Made by a program: the position numbers and the translations under genes. DNA of 63,227 nucleotides, counting the filler, from Licmophora abbreviata (Eukaryota): NCBI GenBank assembly GCA_900291995.1. It is 10 parts of 10 records of this genome, joined end to end, with 100 filler letters (N's around TTAATTAATTAA, not from the genome) between each part and the next. Parts side by side here need not be neighbours in the genome. Positions count along the whole stretch, not along the records: positions 51,180 to 53,584 come from OLMU01002499.1; positions 53,685 to 55,756 come from OLMU01002500.1; positions 55,857 to 58,608 come from OLMU01002504.1; positions 58,709 to 63,227 come from OLMU01002507.1; 6 more parts are not named here. One strand, written 5' to 3'. Below are positions 51,700 through 61,262 of this stretch, piece by piece (within the stretch, counting starts at the first letter, position 1; each line of letters begins with the position of its first letter). Below the pieces are notes generated by a model that saw nothing but the letters and a program-made list of their open reading frames with translations, was not told the origin of the DNA and ran no database searches.

Positions 51700-54600
51700 T
51701 TACAATTCGGTATGCTCTTGTTCCTGTATTTCAGAATGATCCTCATCGAGCATTTCAGAATGATCTTCTTCGGGTATTTCAGGCGACTCCTCTTCTATCT
51801 GAACCATTCCTGAAAACATAAAGCGCAAGTAATCTTCATCTGTACCATACGGCCAGTCGTTAGTAAAGGTAATGTCTTCCAGAATCGGTGTCTCGGCAAT
51901 TTCATCGAGCAGGTCGGCATACTCTCTATCGCAGTCCGACGGGGGATCACACACTTGCTGACCCAGTTGAAGAAATCCATTGGGCTCTGACCGATTGCCC
52001 CACACGTATCCGTATTTGCCAGTAATATCATGTTCGTCCCACCAAGATTTGAAAAGATCTCGCAGCTTATCCTCGTCGTCATCGCCTTGAGTCCAGACTG
52101 CGTACAGAGGGGCCCCAAAGCTATCTTGGAACTGGATGTTATCTGGGTCTTTAAGCGAAGCGAAGTCGTGCTCTTGCATCACATTGAAGAGGTTCTTACC
52201 AGATCTTGTGTATGCGAGATAGAGGCCGCCCATTTCAAGACCCAGTTTCCAATTGTTCTCGTCGTAGTCTTCTGGTAGTAGCGCCTCTTGTTCATAGGCA
52301 CCTTCCAGTTGCAACGCGTTAAAGCTGAAGCGTGTTTCCACGGACCATGAGTGGAGGGCTCGGATCGCGTTCACCTGCCGATCGACCTTTTCGAGTGTTC
52401 GCGCCATGTTGATAGTAAGCGTCACGTCGTCAAATTCACCATTCAAAGTAGCATCGCCCATGCTAATGTCGTGAACATCCTCAAAAGAATGTGACCCGAT
52501 CAGTCGAAGCAACTCGTCTTGAAACTCGGTTAGCTAGGTTAGGCAAAAGAGTGCACGAGTGAGTTGCTGTTAACGCACATCGAAGCATCGAAATATACGA
52601 TGTCATCGTGCACGACTCTGACTGACCCTCGCACATACCTGTTCTTGAAGCGAGTTGAGTTCGTCCTCGGTGGGGTAGTCGGTGTTGTTCTCCAAAAAGG
52701 ATGGACCATACAGTTCTTTCATCACAAAGAGGTGGTCGTCAGGGACTGTCTCGTCTTGGCGCTCGAAGTACTGCAAGGCCATGGCATTGAAGTGGACAAC
52801 CAAATCGTACAAAACTACCACCGCTTCGTTCCGGACCGAAGGCGACGCAAACTTCAATTGCCCGCTGTAATGGGTCTCTTTAGTCTGCTGCCAGAAATGA
52901 ATCTTGGAAGCGACACGCTTCGCCAGCGTTCCGCTTTTACTCAGCGCATAGACATTACGACGCTTCTTGCTGCCATCTGCATTACGTGTATGCATGTGTG
53001 CAAAAAGGCGCTGACTATCCTGTAGGTCGACATTGAAGGGTGGCTTCTTATATCGATCGCTTTCGACAAGAAGTCTTAAGTCATTGGCCTCCTCACCGTA
53101 TGGCGGAACGACAGAGAAAGTAAGGCCTTCAATGATCGGAGTCTCCGAGATTGCATCCAGAAGTTCGACCCAACCTCGGTCGCAGTCCGACGGCGGATCA
53201 CAGACCTGCTGTCCGAGTTGAATGAATCCATTCGGTTCAGAAGCTTTGCCCCACTCATACCCGTACTTCTCAGTGATATCATGCTCCTCCCACCATGCCT
53301 TGAAACGAGTTCGAAGATCCGCTTCGGATGTGTCGCTGATATCCCACGCTGCGTACAAAGAAGCCCCGAAGCCATCCTGAAACTGAATCTTGTCAGTGTC
53401 TTCAAGAGACGCGAGATCGTGATCCTGCATCACATTGAAAAGGTTCTTTCCAGTTTTAGGGTATGCTAGGTACAGACCCCCCATTTCGAGACCCAGTTTC
53501 CAGTTGCTTTCGTCAAAGTCCTCCGGCAAGAATGGCTCGTGCTCGTAGGCACTTTCGAGCCGCAAGGCGTTGAAGCTGAAGCGCNNNNNNNNNNNNNNNN
53601 NNNNNNNNNNNNNNNNNNNNNNNNNNNNTTAATTAATTAANNNNNNNNNNNNNNNNNNNNNNNNNNNNNNNNNNNNNNNNNNNNGTCTGTACGGACCACG
53701 GTTGCAGGGCCCTGAGGGCGTTCAACTTCCGATTGATCTCTTCCAGAGTTCTCGTCATGTTGATCGTGAGCGCCACGTTGTTTAAGTCTTCATTCAGAAC
53801 GGCCTCGCCCATGCTTACTCCTTCGATCTCCTCGAGAGAGAAAGACCCGACCTGGTGAACCAGTTCGTCGTGAAGCAAAGCCGTCCAGTTGCCCCAAATA
53901 CGCGACACCGAGTCGGCGGATCCAGGGCCGCCGGGACCTTGAAACTCGACAAACTATGAAAGAAGTCGAACACGTGAGAAATTCAGTCAGACTCTAAGCA
54001 TCAATGTCATGCGATACAAAGGGAACATCGGATACAGACACGTCGTACCTGTTCGTGCAGCGAGTTGAGCTCATCGTCGGTGGGATAGTCCTTGTTATTC
54101 TTCACAAAGTACGGCCCATACTGTTCTTTCATCACAAATAGATGGTCGCCCGGGACGGTCCTGTCTTGGCGCTCGAAGTACTCGGCGGCCATGGCATTGA
54201 AGTGCATCACCAAATCATGCAAGCCCACCACCGTTTCGTTCCGGAGAGCAGGAGACGCAAACTTCAATCGGCCGCTGTACTGCACATCCTCGACTTGTTG
54301 CCAGTAGTATATCTTGGTAGCAACGCGCTGAGCAAGTGTCCCGTTCTCACTGAGTGCATAGACGTTGCGCCGCTTTTTGCTGCCGTCCTCATTGCGTGTG
54401 TGTACGTATGCAAAAAGGCGGCGATTGTCCTCTGGGTCGACGTTGAAGGGTGCCTTCTTATACTGATCACTATCCACCAGGAAGCGTAAGTCCTCGTCGA
54501 CCGTACCGTACGGTCTAGCACGTGAGAAGGTTATGTCAGCGACGACCGGGGTCTCGGCGATATCATCTAGGAGCTCGGCCCAACCTCGATCACAGTCTGA

Positions 54601-55752
54601 GGGGGGATCACAAACCTGTTGTCCCAATTGAATAAACCCGTTAGGCTCTGATCGATTACCCCACACATACCCAAAGTTTCCTGTTATATCGTGCTCGTCC
54701 CACCAATCCTTAAATTCTCGCTTGAGCTCTTCTTCGGATTTGCAGTTGCTGTCCCAAGAAACGTATACAGGACTACTGTAGATATCTTGAAACTGAATTT
54801 TGCTCGGGTCGTGAATTGATACAAAGTCTCTATCCAGCATGATATGGTACAAATTCTTTCCTGTTTTTGCGTAGGATATGTAGAGCCCGCCCATTTCGAG
54901 ACCTAGCTTCCACCTACTCTCATCATAATCTTCCGGCAGAAAGTCCTCGTAATGAAAGTCGTCGCCTAGCTTGACCTCATTGAAGCTGAAGCGCGTCTTG
55001 ACGGACCACGGTTCCAGCGCTTCGGTGGCGTGAATTTGCTGATTGATTTCTTCCAGCTTTTCAAGCAGTCTAACAGTAGGTCGGCGGTATCCATTGTAAA
55101 CGTTGGGCGTCCAGTTTCCCCAGATGTTTGAAACTTCGGAGGTGACCGATCCTTCGGCTCCTGGGCCTTGAAACTCGGCGAACTGTGGTCCGAAAGGAAT
55201 TGGCGCGCATTCGCATGTGTGAGAGAAAGTCATAGATAGCCAATCGAGGTAGGCGCCAAAGCAAAAAACAAAACACGCAGTACGCACCTGTTCGTGAAGT
55301 AAGTTGAGTTCGTCTCGACTGGGAAATTCTTGATTCAATTCTGGGAAATCTGGGCCAAATTGTTCCGTCATGACAAGAAGATGGTCCTCGGGAACTGTCT
55401 TGTTTTGCAGTTCAAAGTACGCTGTAGCCATGGAGTTGAATTCCGTGACCAAGTTGTACAAGCGAATCGCCGACTGGTCACGAACCTCAGGCGAAGCAAA
55501 CGTGAGACGGCCAGTGTAGCGAACTTTCATGAGCTCCCGCCATTCATCGAACTTGCTAGTGACACGCTCGGCCAGAGTTCCTTCAGTGCTGAGTGCAAAT
55601 ACATGCCGTCGTGTTTTGGTGCCATCCTCATTGCGCGTATCCATATACGCAAAGATGCGGTCTCCAGTTTCGTGATCTTTGTTTGCGATGCTGGCAAGGG
55701 AGAAGCCGACCAGAACTGAGACGGTGGAGATTCGGAGGAGCATTCTCATCAT
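51700..55752 (-). CDS. ~1215-aa secretory/ER protein with three tandem copies of an unassigned domain
   Basis: Exons 55752-55288, 55182-54049, 53953-52639 (linker removed) and 52533-51700. Signal peptide; C-terminal HTEL; WKLGLEMGGLY and QLGQQVCDPPSDCDR each occur three times. Confidence 0.85.
53585..53684. other. Artificial scaffold linker (apparently zero-length real gap)
   Basis: Same linker; the flanks join in frame. Confidence 0.98.
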
Positions 55753-55756
55753 GACG

Positions 55757-55856
55757 NNNNNNNNNNNNNNNNNNNNNNNNNNNNNNNNNNNNNNNNNNNN
55801 TTAATTAATTAANNNNNNNNNNNNNNNNNNNNNNNNNNNNNNNNNNNNNNNNNNNN
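55757..55856. other. Artificial scaffold linker
   Basis: Same 100-nt linker. Confidence 0.98.
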
Positions 55857-56877
55857 GGTTGGTCAATGTGTCGTCGGTGACGATGCCCCCCGTCAGAATG
55901 GTTTCCTGTGCCATTTCTCGATCCACAGCCGCACGCTTGCCGTAATCCATGGCATCTATATTGTAAGGAGGAGTGGAAAAGCTGCGATCATACATTTTGG
56001 CTCGTTCGTCGTAGGTCACAACAATCTTTCCTGTCGCATGGTGGAACAGTCTCACGCGATGGTCTGCACCATATACGCAATAGTGTTGGCCAGAAGGAGA
56101 CGCCGCAAGTGCGACAGCAAAGGTTTTCTTTCGCATGAGCTCATAGAGCTGCGTGTCCATTTTGGAAGCATACTGAGTCCCGTTTCGAGCAGTCGTCGGC
56201 GCCAGCCCAACTTCGGCTTGGCTGCTACAGTCCCAAACTTCGATAACGCCCTTGCGATCAGCCGATACCATGCATCGATACGTACTATTGTACGCCATGG
56301 CACTGACCGGCGAAGCGTGAATTGTTATGGTTTTCAAAGGATCTGTTTCCAAGTTCAAGACGGAAAAGATCAGCACGTCCGTGCGCGAGGACACGGCCAG
56401 CATTGATTGGTCTGGTGCAAGAAACGATGCGTGTGGACCAAGATCTTCTCTCTTGGTGGAAATCATTCCAGTCACATCAAAGGTCGATACGTCGTAAATT
56501 TTTATCATTCCATCCCTTCCAATCGACGCCGCTGTATCGCCTCCATCATGAGACATGCAAAGAGCCACGACAGGACCCACATGAGCCGTAAACGACTTGA
56601 CAAACTCGAGACACTTGGAAGTCGCTTGCTCTTTGGACAACATCTCGTCTTTACTCGGTTTGGCGCGTGTCGTAGCCGTCATGCGCTTCCAGAACTTGAC
56701 GATTCCATCTGTACTGCAGGATAGGACGTATCCGTGCTTGATGGAAGTAACGACGTGCGTCACAACAGCCCGGTGCATGTAGGAAACTTCGTAATGCGAC
56801 GCCGTGGGAATCTCGAGGCTCGAGGGTGCCGTGCGCGGGCGCTTCGACGGCTTCTCGTCCTCTTTCGTTCCTTCCAT
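55857..56877 (-). CDS. PPWD1: WD40-repeat cyclophilin PPWD1/CYP71, N-terminal WD40 part (truncated by gap)
   Basis: PTASHYEVSYMHR..VTHV, DGIVKFWK, LEFVKSFTAH, MDYGKRAAVDRE. Confidence 0.87.
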
Positions 56878-57159
56878 GGCGCAATTCTATCTTAAAGGTT
56901 TATCCGGGGTAAAGATTAATTCAAAGGAGCTCAGAGAAGCAAACGCAGTGCCGCAATCGTGATGGTGGTGGCGAGTGATCAGAGGGATGATGATGAACGC
57001 ACCTCTCGTCGTCGCGGTGGGATTTTTTGTGCAATTTTCTGAATGAATGGACACAATCGTCCGAGAGAATAGACGGTTTGGACAATTATGGGGGAAATCC
57101 CTCAAAATCCGATACTTTTGGTAGACTATTATAGGCGCCTTCAATCATTGACAGCGACC

Positions 57160-57363
57160 ATGACGAAGCAGCGGGGAATTGTACCCCGAGGAGGAGCCGC
57201 GTTAGTTATGGGTATCACTTCAGTGGCGACAGTTGGGGCAATCATTTACAGTCACTATTCGCAAGTACGAGATAAGAACGTCATGAGAGAGGGCGTTGAG
57301 CGGGACAAAGAACGATTGCGATGGAAACGACGACAAAAAAGAGAACAGCAACAGGAGCAATAG
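57160..57363 (+). CDS. PET117: PET117 cytochrome c oxidase assembly factor
   Basis: 67 aa; TM helix followed by HYSQVRDKNVMREGVERDKERL. Confidence 0.78.
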   Translation: MTKQRGIVPRGGAALVMGITSVATVGAIIYSHYSQVRDKNVMREGVERDKERLRWKRRQKREQQQEQ

Positions 57364-57598
57364 TATAGGCCATAAGAGGAACTTATATCTTTCTCACAAT
57401 TCACTAGCATTGTAGTTGCGGTGACCGAGCGAGACGACCTTCCTAGTCTGTTGGCAGGTCCAACCCGCCAACAGATCAAAGTTCTTCGATTTCCTCAAGC
57501 AAGAGAGTTTGCTGTGCCTGCCTTGTAGCCTACTAAACAACAACCACGTCTGGAAAGTCCTTCCGTTTCCACAGTGTAACCCCATGGTCTCAATCCCG

Positions 57599-58590
57599 TC
57601 ATTTATCTCGAACAGAGATCGCATGCAGCAACAACGGAAGCAACCCCTTATCTTCAGCCTCCGCCTGAAAAGGATCTGCTTCCGTAGAGTCGAGGCACAC
57701 TTTGTCGGGACAATGCTCGTCGTCTTCTGAAACGCACGTTAAGGAAGGGCTCTGGGCGACGCTCAGCAAGTCAGAACACCATGTGGATGCTCGTAGCGCG
57801 CGCTTCGATTCTTCAAGTGTGTGGTAACGAATCGGCTCGTCGGGACCGTTCATCTCGAAGCCCTCAGGAGCACTCGCAAGGCCCCACTTGTGCATGGCAG
57901 GGGCGTAGATGGCAAGTGTACGAGGTTCAAGGCACAGGAAGTCGTGGCGTTCGCCGCTTGCGTCCCACGTGTCGTCTTGTGACAAAGCAATGGCAACTTT
58001 CTTGCGAAGTGGCGCCTCTGTGTTTTTCTCGTCAAACTTGTACAGTCGACGCTTCAAGGTATCGGCACCAATATACGACAGAGAGCTCTGACGAAAAGTT
58101 GCGTTCTGCTGTTGAAGTGAATCGATCCACGTATCCAGGCGCTGTTCCTCCAGATCGACGCGTTTCGGTTCCTTGCTCGCGGTGCAATGCGAAATCCACT
58201 CGTAGCAGTGCAGACCGTGTTCCACATTGTGGTTGCGCTCTAGTATGCCAATACCCTCCATTACATGGAGAACTTCTAGGATGCGCCGACGCTTGGCCCC
58301 AGTTGCGCGTTCGAGGTCATCCATTTTGAAGGGACGATTTTTATTGTTCTGGGTATCGTTGCGGACGTATGAGGTGTAAGGCAAGAACACTATTCTTACC
58401 CAGTATTTCCAGAACGGACAAAACGTACCTCTAGATATTCCTTCGTGGCGGCAGTAAGGCCTTTCAGACCTTTCTTCTTGGCGCTTGTAGGTTTCGCCTG
58501 TGCACTCTTGCTCCTCGCCTGGTGCATCGCACTCGTCGACTTTGGGGTATCGACCACCGGCGGCGGCGTGCTGAATTCTTCGCGAGGCAT
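57599..58590 (-). CDS. Divergent E2F/DP-like winged-helix protein (intron 58349-58428)
   Basis: GLKGLTAATKEYLE..KRRRILEVLHVMEGIGILER..YEW, then LEEQRLDTWIDSL coiled coil. Confidence 0.6.
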
Positions 58591-58608
58591 TAGATTCTTC
58601 TTGTTATG

Positions 58609-58708
58609 NNNNNNNNNNNNNNNNNNNNNNNNNNNNNNNNNNNNNNNNNNNNTTAATTAATTAANNNNNNNNNNNNNNNNNNNNNNNNNNNNNNNNNNNN
58701 NNNNNNNN
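58609..58708. other. Artificial scaffold linker
   Basis: Same 100-nt linker. Confidence 0.98.
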
Positions 58709-59701
58709 TTTTTTGCCACATACCAACATTCGTTTGTCTAAAGCTCTGGTATTCAGCAGCTGATAGTTTCCCATAGTCTTTTGGAAAGTTTTTTTGTTGA
58801 TGACCATGGCAACTCCCGACTCCAAAGCGACGAGGCTTCCGGGCAATGGATCATCTCTGACCAGCACAATCGCTCCTACATTGTCTCCCGGGCCCACGAC
58901 GAAGTCATCCAGTTTTTTGCCTCCCATTTCAATGTCTTGCGCCTTCAGCTTTCCGTGCTGCACAATGTATAGTCCTTCCCCCTTGTCTCCTTTCTTACAA
59001 ATAATCTCTCCCGCCTTGAACGGACGGGGTTTCATAACCTTGGCAAGCTTGATCAAGTCGGCTTCGTCCAAATCCTTAAAGTACTCCACACTTCTCGCCA
59101 GCTCAATAAGATCCTCTCCCGCTTTCTGACCAGTGTTCTGCAGAATCATGCGGAAGGTTTTCTGATCGACGCGAAAGAGTTCCACCGCCGTCAAAGCAGT
59201 CACAGAGGCCGCTCGCGGGGCCGAATACAACAATGCGAGCTCCCCAAACGAATCGCCAGTCTTCGCTGTGCCCACGGGCTTCTTATCAACTTGAAAGGTG
59301 ACCGTACCACTTTTGATGACGTAAAAGTAGTCTCCCACGTCACCCTGGGTGATGAGAGTGTCGCCCTGCGGAACCTTCTTCTCCTCGAAAGCACCAACGA
59401 GCGTATCCAAATCCTTGCCTCCCAGCGTCGCAAAGAGAAAGTTCTTGTGGAGGGCCTCGCGAAGCAGTGTATCATCGGCCGCATTCTTGGGGTACGAGGG
59501 AGGAATATATCCAACGACTTCCTCCAAAGGAGCGACAAAGATGTTGCGCAAATGATGACGGTTCTTCTTGCCCTCCACGCCAAGCTGCTTGCCCAGCTCC
59601 TCAATCTTCTCGGCGAGCTTGTTGCCCAAGTTAGCGGCCGATTTTCTATCTGCCGTCGGCCCTCCTCCCTCGACCGCCTCTTTGCTCTGACAAAAGCCCA
59701 T
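58709..59701 (-). CDS. Tandem cNMP-binding domain protein, probably cGMP-dependent kinase (truncated by gap)
   Basis: MGFCQSK acylation-type start; QGDVGDYFYVI, FGELALLYSAPRAASV; second cNMP domain. No kinase domain is visible in the window. Confidence 0.8.
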
Positions 59702-60131
59702 CTTCGGATTGATCAATGAGCTGTGCGATGTAGGAGTATGGCCTTTACCACCAACGAAACGAATGGTTCGTGTGAGAGTGTGACAAGAATAGACGCGCTC
59801 GAGAGTGTTCTCATCAGCATCTGTTCGGTCGCGTCGCAAGAAAGATCCAGTTGGATCAAGACGTCTGGGCGTCGCACGCGATGACAACGAAGGCACAATG
59901 GAACAGATCTCCAAGGACTCGACTCACACCGGCATACCATACGACCTGGTCAGGTGGACTAAGAGTAAATGAAAGTACGTATCTTAAAAGCAGACCTACC
60001 TTGCGACGTAAAAGGGCATCATACAAATCTCAGCGCTTTTGCAAAGCAGAACGAACAAAATAAACGATGCAAGACAGAGGGAACATGTCGTGGGTGCAAC
60101 TCGCCATACCACACGATGCGGTCTCCACCCT

Positions 60132-61141
60132 TCAACAATGGCAATGGACTAGACTTCTGGCGTTCCACTTATTATAAAAACGATCCTCACTCACGTCAGA
60201 CCTTATTGTTGTCCCCATGCCACTCGACCGCACGAACGAGTACGATAGCTTCGGAAACTCTTTCTGAAGATATGCATTCCCTTGGTTCTGAATCTGCCCT
60301 TGGTCGGGTCTCTCGTGGTATCCATTGTAAATTCGATCAACGACATCCATGCCGCTGTGGTGAAAAAGTACAAAGAGCGTGAGTTTGGGCTGCGAGACTT
60401 GACGATTCCGATACCAAGGTTCAACAATCAACAATACAGTGTATACACAAAAAATCACCTTATGACCTCTCCAATCGGACTAAAGCCCTGATGGTCAAGA
60501 AACCCGTTCCCCTTCTTTTTTGTATTGATAAATAGCTGTGTCGTCCGCGTGTTGAGACCGGACGTTGCGAACGTGACAGTCCCACGCGCATTGGTAGTCT
60601 TGACCGGATCGTCCTGGATACTATGCCCGCGATACTTCTTCTGGACATTCGGGTCGCCATTGATGCCAAACTGCACCATGAAATCATCCACAACACGAAA
60701 GAAGCGACAGTCGTCGTAAAAAGAGGACGCCATGAGGTTGTGGAACTGCTGGACGCCTAGAGGAGCCCACGAGGGCTTGGTGCGCATGACAAAGGTTCCA
60801 AGATTGCCATCGGTCCCATCGAGATTTCCAATCTCAAAGGAAAAGAGGAGTCCTCCGGCCTCGGCCTCATAGTCACTCGCCTCCTTCGTATCAATAACTG
60901 GAGTTCGAACTGCCGGTGCCTTGGGCGAAGGACTTCGTTTCTTGGATACCAAGAGTCCAACCGAGATGACAAACAAAAGAGCGACCGAGAGTGCCACCCA
61001 TTTCCATTTCGACGTCGACGCACGACTTCTTCGTATCACGGCCATATCACTGCTATCCAGAAGTATCTCTTCTTCCTCCTCGATAGCAATGTCGTGGTCA
61101 ACGGTGTCGATTTCCAGCGCACTGCGTTCTTCCGTCGCCAT
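60132..61141 (-). CDS. Cyclophilin-type PPIase, type II membrane anchor (intron ~60364-60458)
   Basis: [44 protein letters not shown]. The stop may be at 60196 if one base is missing at ~60240. Confidence 0.9.
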
Positions 61142-61262
61142 GGGGGGAGCAACCAGCACAAAGCACAACCAAACAGTAGACCTAGGTGACTGACTCGAAA
61201 TGCCTTTTTTCTTTTTTCTTTTGTCGCGAGAGCTCGTCAAACATTGCAATGATCGGAGATCC

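Noticed and set aside
17358..58708. Nine TTAATTAATTAA palindromes as a repeat, CRISPR array or transposon target sites
   Set aside because: Always centred in identical N-runs; this is an assembly linker.
37609..59701. Adenylate cyclase plus cNMP-binding protein as a signalling cluster
   Set aside because: They are 20 kb and several gaps apart, and both families are common in such genomes.
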